DNA of 56,853 nt from a virus. Its lineage: Duplodnaviria > Caudoviricetes. The notes under the pieces were generated by a model, which was not told the origin of the DNA, searched no databases, and saw nothing but the letters and a program-made list of their open reading frames with translations. Made by a program: the position numbers and the translations under genes. Of this stretch, positions 38,817-48,362 are shown piece by piece. The stretch is from positions 1-56,853 of IMG/VR virus record IMGVR_UViG_3300031953_000013; one strand, 5' to 3'. How positions within the stretch are numbered: the first letter of the stretch is position 1; the number at the start of each line of letters is the position of its first letter.

Positions 38817-39374
38817 TTAGCTATTGTTTTTGGCCGCTTTCCAGGCTTGGTACTGGGTACGAGCGGTGTAGTAAGCTACGCCACGATTTTGCGCTTCGGC
38901 GATTACGTCTTTGCGACGAGCGCCCTGCGCCACCATTTCTTCGGCCAGGTTCCAAACCAAGGCGCAAGGGCCTTCGACCGTTGACTTGTTTACGATGGTC
39001 TTTTTAACCGGCAAGGCCCGCTCTTCGCCAAACTCTTCGCCGCAACCCAAACAAAGGAACTCGTGTGTGATGGGCTCGATTTCACTCTGGTTGTTGTGGC
39101 TGTCCAGCATGTTTTCGAAGTCTTGCAGACCGTTGCTCAGGTGGATTCCGCAGTGTGGGCAATAAGCTGAACCGGTCGACTCGATCAATGCTTGGTCTTC
39201 GGCGTCGGCCACTTCGTCGATTACTGCGACGTCTGCTTGCGGCGCTTCCACCATGGTCTTCGGCGTGAAGTAAAAACGGCCTTCTTCGTTTTTCTCGATT
39301 ACCACGTCTGCCTTGTCATATCCAGCTTGCTTGGCGGCACGGGCGGCGCTTGCTTTGATTGAGTAAGTTTTCAT
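38817..39374 (-). CDS. Zinc-ribbon plus HTH-like protein (paralog 3)
   Basis: CPHC...CLGC; VW..A...RKDVIA...TARTQYQAW. Confidence 0.65.
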   Translation of the reverse strand: MKTYSIKASAARAAKQAGYDKADVVIEKNEEGRFYFTPKTMVEAPQADVAVIDEVADAEDQALIESTGSAYCPHCGIHLSNGLQDFENMLDSHNNQSEIEPITHEFLCLGCGEEFGEERALPVKKTIVNKSTVEGPCALVWNLAEEMVAQGARRKDVIAEAQNRGVAYYTARTQYQAWKAAKNNS

Positions 39375-39506
39375 TTTTGAATCCCTGTTTTGGCTGTTGG
39401 CGGCTGGGGGCGCTTCCCCCTAACCATGAAACCATTATCCTAGATTCCGAGGTCTTTGGAACCCCTTTTAACAAAAATAATGCGCAACCAAGTAGATTCA
39501 TTTGGA

Positions 39507-39722
39507 CTAAAAAGGGATATCTATAGCCCAATCTGGACACCCCAAAACAATGACCTCGACCGGTGGTGTCGCTTGGTATAGGACGCAGGTCGGACCATCC
39601 TTCGGCTGCCCCGGCGTGTTAATCGCACAGTGCTCGCAATTGTAGCAGCTAGGGTATCGGCCCTCGGCCAGCATTTGCTTATGGATATCTCTGGCGTGTT
39701 CGTCAACCTTGTGGATAGGCAT
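39507..39722 (-). CDS. Small Cys-rich protein
   Basis: CYNCEHC...C...C; C-terminal DIPF. Confidence 0.6.
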   Translation of the reverse strand: MPIHKVDEHARDIHKQMLAEGRYPSCYNCEHCAINTPGQPKDGPTCVLYQATPPVEVIVLGCPDWAIDIPF

Positions 39723-41373
39723 GATTCATTACCTCTGGATACTTCTTATTTACCCACACGTCGATAGCGGTAGGCGTTTTTAGCTGGCTCACCATATTAA
39801 GAGCCTGCTTGGTCGTTTCTGGTATGATCTCTCCGTGTACGTCGGTAGGCCAGGCGCATCTCCACCATTGGCGTGCCTTGGTGGCGGCGTAACCGCCGTG
39901 CTCTAGGCAAATAAATTCCTTAAACCGGCGCAACCCGCAATGGTAGTGTACCACGATAGCGTCCGGGCGCCCTTGCTTCTGGTGTTTAAGGTACACCACA
40001 CGGTCCACCGTTAGGGTCTCGACCTGAGGCTCGTCCGCCTTTGCGATAAGCTCGTCAGTACCCGCTGTAAACCCGAATTTAGTACTAATGGGAAATTCAA
40101 AACCGCACTTCGGACAAACCCGTATCGACGCATGGATGTAGATGCTGCAGTTTTCGCAAAGGCGTACTGGTGCTACCCCCTTTCGGTCGCCCTTTTTTCT
40201 AGGAAGCACCGGGTCGTTTATTGGCCCGAGCCGTCGGGTGTTGCCTGCAAAGTCTAGTACTAAGCAATCCTGTTTAGAACCGGCTTCGATAGCGGCCAAG
40301 CGGCCAGCGGTCGACCAGAGGTCGAAACCGGGCGCATAGACCGGGCGCGTCCCTCGCCCCAACATCTGGACCCAAAGACCCGGAGAATTGGTGGGGCGAA
40401 TAACTGCAATCAAGTCTATCGACGGCAGGTCAAAGCCGGTAGTTAAAATGTTGTTGTTTACCGCGGCCCGATACTTTCCAGATTTTAACCCGGCTAGGCG
40501 TTCCGTGCGCTCATCTTTCGTTAGTTTGCTATGTATGCAAGTCGTCGGTATTCCGTAAAGCTCCATTACAGCGGTTATGTGCAAAGCGTGGTCGATACCG
40601 GTGGCGAAGACTAACCAGCAATTGCGGTCGACCCCAAACTCGATAGTCTCCAATACCGCTTTGTAAGTAATCTCGTCCTTGTCGACCGCTTGCTGGAGAT
40701 CCTTGTTAACAAATTCCCCGCCTTGGACTCGGACCGATTCGAGGTCCAACTGCATACTGGTACGTTTCGGTACCAGAGGCGACAGGTAGCCCTCGTCCAG
40801 AAGCCAATTAAACGAGGCCATTGTGGTCATATCAAAACAAATATCGGTAAACAACCCGCCTTCCGTAAGCATACCCTGACCCATTCTATAGGGGGTCGCC
40901 GAGAGCCCGATAACTTTGAGTTTAGGATTCGCCTTTTTTAGCGTAGCAATAAACTTTTGATATGAGGTGGATTTTGCTGGGCTGACTAGATGCGCCTCGT
41001 CAATAAACAATAAATCCACAAACCCGAAGGCCTCTGCTTTATTGACCGCGGATTGGACCCCGACAAACAAAATAGGCGCGTCCAATTCCTTACGCCCCAG
41101 TCCGGCCGAATAAATACCAGCGGGGGCGGTAGGCCACATGGCGATTAGCTTTTCAAAGTTTTGTTCGATAAGCTCCTGGACGTGGGTGGCGATGACTATC
41201 TTTTGGTCCGGAAAAACGTGGTATACCTGACTTAAAAATTCGGCTATAACGTGGGACTTTCCGGTACCCGTCGGCATGGCCACAATCGGGTTGCCTTTAT
41301 TACCCTCCGCGAAGTATCGAAAGATAGAAGCGACCCCGTATAACTGGTAATCTCTTGATTTCATGTTATGCAC
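39703..41373 (-). CDS. Superfamily II DEAH helicase (RadD-like) with zinc finger
   Basis: PTGTGKS, DEAH, SAT, TTGFD, QMLGRGTR and CENC...CPKC. Confidence 0.92.
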   Translation of the reverse strand: MHNMKSRDYQLYGVASIFRYFAEGNKGNPIVAMPTGTGKSHVIAEFLSQVYHVFPDQKIVIATHVQELIEQNFEKLIAMWPTAPAGIYSAGLGRKELDAPILFVGVQSAVNKAEAFGFVDLLFIDEAHLVSPAKSTSYQKFIATLKKANPKLKVIGLSATPYRMGQGMLTEGGLFTDICFDMTTMASFNWLLDEGYLSPLVPKRTSMQLDLESVRVQGGEFVNKDLQQAVDKDEITYKAVLETIEFGVDRNCWLVFATGIDHALHITAVMELYGIPTTCIHSKLTKDERTERLAGLKSGKYRAAVNNNILTTGFDLPSIDLIAVIRPTNSPGLWVQMLGRGTRPVYAPGFDLWSTAGRLAAIEAGSKQDCLVLDFAGNTRRLGPINDPVLPRKKGDRKGVAPVRLCENCSIYIHASIRVCPKCGFEFPISTKFGFTAGTDELIAKADEPQVETLTVDRVVYLKHQKQGRPDAIVVHYHCGLRRFKEFICLEHGGYAATKARQWWRCAWPTDVHGEIIPETTKQALNMVSQLKTPTAIDVWVNKKYPEVMNHAYPQG

Positions 41374-41986
41374 CGCTGCTGCTCGTATAGAACTGCGTCC
41401 CTTGATAAAACGGCTGGGTTGGCGGGGCGTCGCCTCCCGTGTAGCTACACGCCGCCAGCTTAGCTTTTATCACGTCTATAACTTCTTGCATCTCTCGGGA
41501 CTCGTCGATAGCTCCCGACATCTGTTGGTAACGAAAGTTTAGGCCGTCCTTAAAGGTCCAATCTCCGCCCTTTAGATTATCCAGCAAATAGGCCAAGCGT
41601 TCCATGTCTCTTTCAACTTTTTTAAGCCTAACCCTAGCCTCCGCTTCCTGCTCCGCAATAATCTCGGTGGCCTTCGCAACGTAATCCATCCGGACAAACT
41701 CGTGTGCCTCGACAATGTTTAAAAACATTTGCGCCAGGATTTCTTGCGCCTTTGCCTCTACTTTGTCCTGGAAGCCCTTTGGACGCCCGGTACAATCGTA
41801 GTAGTCCCGAGCCTCCTCGTCCGCTAAAGTCTCGTAAGCTAGGCGAGCGTCGTTAAACTGGCCAGCGGTATCCGGGTCGTCTGGGTTTTTGTCCGGATGT
41901 AGCCTAGACGCCAACCTCTTAAAGGCTTTTTTGATTTCGGATTGGGAGGCGTCCTTTGGTACGCCAAGCGTGTCGTAGTAGCTCAT
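41366..41986 (-). CDS. DnaJ J-domain protein
   Basis: YYDTLGV...IKKAF...LHPDKN...AYETL. Confidence 0.9.
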   Translation of the reverse strand: MSYYDTLGVPKDASQSEIKKAFKRLASRLHPDKNPDDPDTAGQFNDARLAYETLADEEARDYYDCTGRPKGFQDKVEAKAQEILAQMFLNIVEAHEFVRMDYVAKATEIIAEQEAEARVRLKKVERDMERLAYLLDNLKGGDWTFKDGLNFRYQQMSGAIDESREMQEVIDVIKAKLAACSYTGGDAPPTQPFYQGTQFYTSSSGA

Positions 41987-43014
41987 TTCAGACCCTTGGC
42001 AAACAGCTGCTGACTGGTTAAGTCTTGGGGACCGTGGCTAACCGTTTCACCGCTTGGTAGCTGCAAAGCGATCATGTTGCGAGAGGCGTCCCCGTCCATC
42101 ATGGTGACCCCCTGCAACATAGTTGGGTTATAGATATGGTCTGGACAGCCATACATGGCGGCGTCGGAATTTATTATGTCCGAATGGCCAAGCGCGCACG
42201 ACCAAGCTCCGCCGTCCTCGGCGGTACTGTGGGCACAGGTACGGCAATTAATATCCGGAACTTCGTACTTTTTGCAAATCCCGAGGTAGTCGCAATACAA
42301 ACACTCGTACCAACCCGGCGACGGGTGGATCATCGGTAATGGCTCGGTGGAATGGATAATATGGTGGCCACGATCTTGGTACCGTATTACCGTGTCGCTA
42401 TCGTAATCCAAAACCTCGGCGTGTAGTGTGTCGTCGTTCTTATTGACGACCATGTAAAGGGCGTGCCGGAGGTTCATATAATGCATACACATTTGCATTT
42501 GTACGTAGTGCTCGAATTTAACCTCCGCTACCCCCTTCTTTACTATTTTCTGGAAAACCTTATCGCTACAGGTTTTAAATTCGGCATAGGCCGGCGCCCC
42601 TTCTGGGAGGTCCGGTATACCACGAATTACCCCATCCAACGAAGATCCGAAGTGACCGCCCAGCCCAGAAAATTTAAACTGACCACCATCTTCCTTCTCG
42701 AACCATAGCTCAAACCCGGCACCAATTAGCATCGCTAAAAACCGAGCCTCCTCCAGGTGCCCACGATTAAACAGCCGTTGGATACGAGCGGGGAACTTTT
42801 TAACCGTCGCCCAGTGAAACGAATACCAGAGTTCTCGACTGCACTTTTTACCGATTAAAGAGGCGCCGAGATGGCTGCGAAATTTAGACGACGACCCACG
42901 ATAGGCGTCATCCATTTTAGGTAAAAGCCATTCCAGGTTCTGGCGAAACGCCGCACCGTCGTCTTTACTAATGGCCTCGTCTATACGCTCTAAAGTTTGC
43001 TTGGCTTTTTTCAC
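41983..43014 (-). CDS. Cas4/RecB-like PD-(D/E)xK exonuclease
   Basis: LGASLIG..C, DG...EFK, HYVQMQ and CLYCDY..IC motifs. Confidence 0.8.
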   Translation of the reverse strand: MKKAKQTLERIDEAISKDDGAAFRQNLEWLLPKMDDAYRGSSSKFRSHLGASLIGKKCSRELWYSFHWATVKKFPARIQRLFNRGHLEEARFLAMLIGAGFELWFEKEDGGQFKFSGLGGHFGSSLDGVIRGIPDLPEGAPAYAEFKTCSDKVFQKIVKKGVAEVKFEHYVQMQMCMHYMNLRHALYMVVNKNDDTLHAEVLDYDSDTVIRYQDRGHHIIHSTEPLPMIHPSPGWYECLYCDYLGICKKYEVPDINCRTCAHSTAEDGGAWSCALGHSDIINSDAAMYGCPDHIYNPTMLQGVTMMDGDASRNMIALQLPSGETVSHGPQDLTSQQLFAKGLK

Positions 43015-43022
43015 AACAGCTC

Positions 43023-43871
43023 CTATTTAGAGATGGGCGCCTTGATAGACGACTGCGGCCGATACTGGGTTAACCCTTCTAGGATTTCGTCGGTGGTATA
43101 ATTCGCCGGGTCCGGTTGTGGCTTATCAATGGTAAAGGAGGGAAGCTCCCCCGGAGTTCTCGCTAACTGTTTGTCCACAATAGTCGGAGTCATGTGGTTT
43201 TTATAGATATGGACATCTCCAAATACCACGTGAAGGTTACCCGGGCGTAAACTTACCGCTGCCGCCATCATATGAGTTAGCAGAGCATACGACGCGATGT
43301 TAAAAGGAACGCCGAGAAAAAGGTCGGCCGAACGCTGGTACATTTGACACGACAGGTACTCGCCGTCCACGTAAAACTGAAATAAGCAGTGACACGGCGC
43401 GAGAGCCATTCTACCAAGAGCGGGGTTTTTTTCGGGGGCTATGCCCTTAGCCGGAAGCACCGCGGTATTCCACGCGGACACTACCATACGCCGGCTGGCC
43501 GGGTCGTTGGTTAGCGTCTGGATTACTTGGGCGATCTGGTCAATGGCCGTACCGTCGATTGCTCGCCAGGACCGCCATTGCTGGCCGTAAATTGGACCGA
43601 GGCCGCCTAGCGGGTCTGCCCATTCGTCCCAGATTTTAGTATCTAGCGTGCTAACATTGGTTTCCCCACGTAAGAACCATAGCAGCTCCAATACGATGGC
43701 TCTAAAATTTACGTACTTAGTGGTCATCAACGGGAAGCCTTTGCGTAAATCGAAATCCAGTTTTTCCGAAAATAAAGAACGCGTCCCGGTCCCAGTGCGG
43801 TCCATTCTCTCGGACCCATTAAAGTAAACTTTTTCTAGTAGATCTAAATAGTTGCGCATTCTGGGCCTCAC
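43023..43871 (-). CDS. thyA: Thymidylate synthase
   Basis: DRTGTGT, LAPCH, YQRSAD, PFNIASY and HIY.NH; likely start at 43859. Confidence 0.95.
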   Translation of the reverse strand: MRPRMRNYLDLLEKVYFNGSERMDRTGTGTRSLFSEKLDFDLRKGFPLMTTKYVNFRAIVLELLWFLRGETNVSTLDTKIWDEWADPLGGLGPIYGQQWRSWRAIDGTAIDQIAQVIQTLTNDPASRRMVVSAWNTAVLPAKGIAPEKNPALGRMALAPCHCLFQFYVDGEYLSCQMYQRSADLFLGVPFNIASYALLTHMMAAAVSLRPGNLHVVFGDVHIYKNHMTPTIVDKQLARTPGELPSFTIDKPQPDPANYTTDEILEGLTQYRPQSSIKAPISK

Positions 43872-44269
43872 TTATACTTTTTACACAAACGAACTACCAG
43901 TTTACAGGTATCGCTATCGAACCATGACATGTGGCATTCGCTCTCGGTGATTTTAAGCTGATTCGCCAACCATCGGTAGGCGGCGCCCCTTGTTAACGTA
44001 CTGCTGCGTTTCCAAATCGGGTCAAACGCTTCGTGCGCTCGAGTTCTCATTTTACGGGTGGCGGAATCCGCCATCTTACCCAAGGGGTTGGACTTGCCGG
44101 GGTGGCACCCGACTGCCGCGGTGCAGGTATCGCAATACCAAATTAAAGGCCACTGCCCATAAAGACGCCCATAAATTTGACTGTTTTTAACTAAACGAAT
44201 TTTTCCACTATTACAAGAATCACACCTTATTGGCCTCCGCAAGATCCTATTTCTAGGGTGTACGCTCAT
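43868..44269 (-). CDS. Zinc-finger protein (DUF3268-like)
   Basis: CDSC...C..C.A.VGCH and AH.AFDPIW motifs. Confidence 0.75.
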   Translation of the reverse strand: MSVHPRNRILRRPIRCDSCNSGKIRLVKNSQIYGRLYGQWPLIWYCDTCTAAVGCHPGKSNPLGKMADSATRKMRTRAHEAFDPIWKRSSTLTRGAAYRWLANQLKITESECHMSWFDSDTCKLVVRLCKKYK

Positions 44270-44325
44270 TGTCCTACCTCCAGATAAAAATAGGGGACCG
44301 TAGCCCCCTATTTTTCTACTTCGGT

Positions 44326-45201
44326 TTACTGCTGCCAAGGCGGCCGCTGGGCATTCGCATTGGTAGACGCTCCGTTGTTCCCTACCGGTGCATTTTCACC
44401 GTCATTTTGTTGCGTCGGGTTGTTAAAGCCCGGCGGTGTCTGCTGTTGCTGTTGCTGCGGCTGGTTTTGTGGTTGCTGCTCGTTTTGCTGAGGCGGATTA
44501 TTCTGTTGCTGCTGTGGGGGGTTCTGCCACCCACCGTTTTGGTTTTGTGGAGGCTGCTGCTCGACCCCGGCATTCTGGGGTGGCTGCTGCTGCTGCTGCT
44601 GCTGTTGTTGTTGTTGTTGTTGCTGTTGCTGGGGTGGGTTTTGTGGTTGGGTCCAGTTACCCTGTGGCGGCTGCTGGGGTTGGTTTTGTGGAGGCTGCTG
44701 CTGCTGCGGTGGCTGCCAAGTTTGTTGTGGTTGGTTTTGGTTTCCACCGCCCATGTTAGCCGCTGGGTTACTGGTAGGCGCCGCCCCTGTGGTTGCCCCG
44801 TCCATCGCACGATAGCCTTTCACATCGTTGCTGGCGTCGTACTGGTCTTTTGCGGGTTTCAATACGGCACGAGCCGAAAGCGGGATGTTGTGCAGCTGCG
44901 TAGATTCCTGTACCTGGATTACGCCGACCGAGTGGCAAATAGACGATAGCGTTTTGTACGCAATATCGACCGCCACCGGGTTAGGGTTTTTCAGGTTTAG
45001 CCGGTCGTAAAGTTTACGCCCAGCGTACTCGCCGTCCAGGATCTGCATTACCAGCTCAAGGTACATTGCACCTGTGTTGGCAAAGTCCTTGGTCGGCTTT
45101 TCCTCGGATTCTACTATTTGCACGTTGTACCAGCCGGTTGGGACTGGTTCGGGTGCGGTGTTCTGCTCGACGTTAGTTGCGTCAAAGTTAAGCATAGCCA
45201 T
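44326..45201 (-). CDS. Single-stranded DNA-binding protein (DUF669-like) with Q/N/P-rich tail
   Basis: P.P.GWY...I...GEYAGRKL.D.LNL motif; next to the Sak4-like ATPase. Confidence 0.75.
   Translation of the reverse strand: MAMLNFDATNVEQNTAPEPVPTGWYNVQIVESEEKPTKDFANTGAMYLELVMQILDGEYAGRKLYDRLNLKNPNPVAVDIAYKTLSSICHSVGVIQVQESTQLHNIPLSARAVLKPAKDQYDASNDVKGYRAMDGATTGAAPTSNPAANMGGGNQNQPQQTWQPPQQQQPPQNQPQQPPQGNWTQPQNPPQQQQQQQQQQQQQQQQPPQNAGVEQQPPQNQNGGWQNPPQQQQNNPPQQNEQQPQNQPQQQQQQTPPGFNNPTQQNDGENAPVGNNGASTNANAQRPPWQQ
44584..44631 (-). repeat. CAG/CAA trinucleotide repeat (Q16)
   Basis: 16 consecutive Gln codons. Confidence 0.95.
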
Positions 45202-45212
45202 CGGTACTGCTC

Positions 45213-45950
45213 CTACGTAGGTTGTTGCGTCCCCATTATTTTTGCGAATATATAACCCAAGTGGGGTACTTCGATTTCTTCCAGCGCGCCGGACCGGTCC
45301 TTTGCATCGTAGTTGAAATCAGGTTGGGTTCGCAAATAACGATAGGAACGCTGTTGTGCGTCCCTTCCGATATTAAGGTTGAAAACTTCGTCGTATAGAT
45401 AAGGCATAGCGGGTCCAGCTTTCTGCCCCGGCATGGATGGACCCGCCAAGGTGGCTCCGGTACCCTCGTCCTTAACCCGTTCTTCCTTAGCCGCCATGTA
45501 TACGTTATACCCGCGCAGATCGCGGAAAGACTTTATTGTGGCTATCGCCTTTTCAATAAGTTCGCCATAGGCTTGGCGCGGGTCCTTGACCTGTTGCTTT
45601 GCGTTGGTTAAAATCTTCTCGCCTATTTCAGTTATCGAATCCAAGCAGATGGTTTCAAACTGCTTGGCCTCGCTAGACGTTGCGGCCCATCGTTCGACCT
45701 CGACTAGGTCCTGGAGCGTGTTAATTTCTATAATCGGTAAGTTGTAGCTAATGCCGGGTACGTTAGCGCCAAACATCCTCGTTATGTTTTCCGGCCGCAG
45801 GGACAGCAACCCGCTTTCCGCCGAGCATACGACGGGTGAAGGGGCGGTGGCGCAAAGCGAGGTCTTGCCCATACCCGCCCGTGAATACACGATTACTTTT
45901 ACCCCATGGACCTTTGAAAGCACGGCCGATGATTGCAGCTGTATTGCCAT
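45213..45950 (-). CDS. Sak4-like AAA ATPase / annealing protein
   Basis: AGMGKT, ESGLLSL, LDSITE and AKDRSG motifs. Confidence 0.8.
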   Translation of the reverse strand: MAIQLQSSAVLSKVHGVKVIVYSRAGMGKTSLCATAPSPVVCSAESGLLSLRPENITRMFGANVPGISYNLPIIEINTLQDLVEVERWAATSSEAKQFETICLDSITEIGEKILTNAKQQVKDPRQAYGELIEKAIATIKSFRDLRGYNVYMAAKEERVKDEGTGATLAGPSMPGQKAGPAMPYLYDEVFNLNIGRDAQQRSYRYLRTQPDFNYDAKDRSGALEEIEVPHLGYIFAKIMGTQQPT

Positions 45951-45954
45951 TGGA

Positions 45955-46500
45955 TTATCCTTGGTCTTTGCGGTCTATAGCTTGGGTGTCGGTATAGCCG
46001 CCGGATGGAAAGCGAGCAGATAACTTATCCATGTTCGCTTCTAGGACGTCTCCGCGTACCGCGCCAGATTGCGCGTACAGGATGTCGAGTTGCCGACGTA
46101 AACGCCGGGTAAGAATAGTAGCCATTGAAACATTTAACGGCTTATTATACACCGCGGCTTTTTTGGCCTCGTCTAGTAAGCCGGCTGCCGTGATTATCAG
46201 GCGCACGTAAAACCCCTGACTGTCCCAGCAAACCGCCTTAGCCACCCGTTTAGACTCGAAGGCTACTCCGAGCCCTTGGGAAAACCCCGTCAAGTAAAAC
46301 TCAACGTCACCCAGTTCTTTTATAAACTCGGCAGCACCGTTGGTGCCCGTTACACACGTAAGCAGCTCGCCGACCTCGCCAGCTAAACCCGCCGCCATGT
46401 GCAGGAAATGGGCGTTCTCGTCGGTAAGGGTGGCCACAATATCACGGCCGGGTTTAACAAGGGTTTTAACCATTTTGGGATGATCGGTAAACATAATCAA
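45955..46500 (-). CDS. MazG-like NTP pyrophosphohydrolase
   Basis: GLAGEVGE..KELGDVEFY and N..KL..RF motifs. Confidence 0.75.
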   Translation of the reverse strand: MIMFTDHPKMVKTLVKPGRDIVATLTDENAHFLHMAAGLAGEVGELLTCVTGTNGAAEFIKELGDVEFYLTGFSQGLGVAFESKRVAKAVCWDSQGFYVRLIITAAGLLDEAKKAAVYNKPLNVSMATILTRRLRRQLDILYAQSGAVRGDVLEANMDKLSARFPSGGYTDTQAIDRKDQG

Positions 46501-46572
46501 CGCCTTTTACTTAGGGAAGAAAAGGCCCCCTTCATAGGACGAGGGCTTTGGTTGCAAAACGCCTTTTAGCGC

Positions 46573-46728
46573 CTAGGATTTCTCTAGCTTATCCGTGTGA
46601 ACCATGGAGGCCCTAGCGTTCGCCAGGTTTGTAGCCGCCTGTGAAAACCGGAGGGCATCTTCAGATTTTGCAGCTTGTTGAGACTTCTCTCTCAAAGCTT
46701 CTATGGCCGTTACCATGTCAATACTCAT
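46573..46728 (-). CDS. Small hypothetical protein (51 aa, ...SEDALRFSQAATNLANA...)
   Basis: Read by eye; RBS gagg. Confidence 0.55.
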   Translation of the reverse strand: MSIDMVTAIEALREKSQQAAKSEDALRFSQAATNLANARASMVHTDKLEKS

Positions 46729-46870
46729 AAGGTTTTACCTCTTATAAAGCAAAAAAGTGATTGAAACTAAGCGTCCTTTCAAATACTTGGGCGGGATTGT
46801 CGATAACAGCATAAGCAGTGCCTTATCTCGGCCCCCTATTATAGGACGGGGGCGGTTGGATTACAAAGAT

Positions 46871-47401
46871 CTATTTGTTGAAGGAAGGTGGCGTTGGGTA
46901 CACCACTGAGTCTTGAGCCGCTGGTATTGATCCACCACCGTAAAGACCCGCTTCAGGGTCCGACGCTGTTAAGCTGCTAACTACCTCCTCCATGATTTTC
47001 ATGGCTTGGCTGTTACCCTCTAACGCTTCCCAACATTCGTCCATCGCCTTTTTCTTAGCGACCAAGGTCGCCGCCTTGCGCAGCTCCCTTTCGGCGGCCC
47101 CTTCGACGGCCATGCGCTGCAGGTACTCGACGACCTGAACCTTCTGGACAATCCATTTGTAGCTAAAACCAGCTCGGAGATCCAGGTTGGCGCAGTCGTC
47201 CACTTGGGTAACCATTACGACGACCATACCCTTACTTGGCGAGTTCACCACTGCTTCGTCGCCAATCTCGAGTCCCATGGTAATAGGTGCTTTATACGAA
47301 TACTCTTTTGCCGAGAGCTGGCCGTCCGTGTGCTTAAAACGTACCTTGCAGGTTACGAAGGTGTCCGACTGCAACAAGGCGATTAGCATTTTATGGTCCA
47401 T
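46871..47401 (-). CDS. Hypothetical protein
   Basis: K.YSYK...GD.AVV...YKWIVQKV; RBS aagga. Confidence 0.65.
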   Translation of the reverse strand: MDHKMLIALLQSDTFVTCKVRFKHTDGQLSAKEYSYKAPITMGLEIGDEAVVNSPSKGMVVVMVTQVDDCANLDLRAGFSYKWIVQKVQVVEYLQRMAVEGAAERELRKAATLVAKKKAMDECWEALEGNSQAMKIMEEVVSSLTASDPEAGLYGGGSIPAAQDSVVYPTPPSFNK

Positions 47402-47485
47402 TATATACGTCCTTTCTTTTTGGTTTCGGTTAATCGAAAATCTAGAGTATGTTAAATTCGGGGGCCGATCACCCCCTATATTGCG

Positions 47486-47779
47486 TCAATGAGATTTTTC
47501 TTCGCCGGTTAGCTTGGCGGCCATGGCGGCGCTGGTAGCCTTATCCAAGGCTTTAAAGGATACGCAACCAGACGCTAGGTCAAAACCAATCGCCAAACCA
47601 CCAATGTCGGCAAGGTCGAAAGCGTCTCCCGGTAATTCTAGGACGCCCCCGTTCATCGTGGCCAAGCGCCAAAGGGCCGCCGCCATGATCTCTAGCCGGT
47701 TATTAGATAGCACCACTTGGAGTTCCTGGCGCATCCTACTGGATTGAGCCTCGGTGAGACCGTCCTTTCGTTCGCTCAT
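47486..47779 (-). CDS. Hypothetical protein
   Basis: Coupled to the upstream gene. Confidence 0.55.
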   Translation of the reverse strand: MSERKDGLTEAQSSRMRQELQVVLSNNRLEIMAAALWRLATMNGGVLELPGDAFDLADIGGLAIGFDLASGCVSFKALDKATSAAMAAKLTGEEKSH

Positions 47780-48204
47780 TATCGTGCGTCCTTTACCGTT
47801 TTGGTAACCTTCGGCGGCTCTATCGCCAGCGCCGGGGATCCGGGCTTTATAACCAAGGCCTCTTCCACAATGTGCCGTACTTCGTCGGGCAGGGCTTTAT
47901 AATCCCGTACCCGAAGTTCTGGCTTGTATTTAAAAATGCGATCCGAGGCCCCTTCCGGGAGGCGCTCCAGTATCGCTGGCAACGCCGCCTCGTCCACCGT
48001 TCGGTAATACTTATAGTCGGCCTTTAACCGCCAACCATTCGCAATATCCACCCGATTGACCCCCTCTACTGGGTCTTTAAAAAGGGTGGTAAAAACTTCC
48101 GTTCTAAGGTCAGACTCCTCCACCTTGGCTCCCACTAAATTAACGGCCGCTACCCGCCACCTTTCGAGCAAATCCTGATGCGCCTTCGACATACTTTTTA
48201 TCAC
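47779..48204 (-). CDS. Hypothetical protein
   Basis: First gene of the leftward arm; C-terminal KPGSPAL. Confidence 0.6.
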   Translation of the reverse strand: MIKSMSKAHQDLLERWRVAAVNLVGAKVEESDLRTEVFTTLFKDPVEGVNRVDIANGWRLKADYKYYRTVDEAALPAILERLPEGASDRIFKYKPELRVRDYKALPDEVRHIVEEALVIKPGSPALAIEPPKVTKTVKDAR

Positions 48205-48235
48205 CGGGGACCCCTTTTTCTACGAATAGGACACC

Positions 48236-48264
48236 ATTATAATGGACGTCGCTACGATGGCCAA
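48236..48264 (-). promoter_or_regulatory. Leftward sigma70-like promoter in the divergent region
   Basis: TTGGCC-17 nt-TATAAT on the - strand; the -10 lies within palindrome ccattataatgg. Confidence 0.55.
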
Positions 48265-48362
48265 CCGCCCATTAGATGTTTTTATAATACCATCAAGGCT
48301 CCATGGCTAATTTCCCTTTCCCCCTATATAATGGCGGTTCGATGCATAAAGGACGCTACGCT

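Noticed and set aside
41983-43014. Cas4-like gene as sign of a CRISPR system
   Set aside because: No repeat-spacer array or other cas genes seen; solo Cas4-like nucleases are common in phage recombination modules.
44269-44949. Poly-Leu, poly-Ser and poly-Ala ORFs
   Set aside because: Alternative frames of the SSB polyQ repeat.
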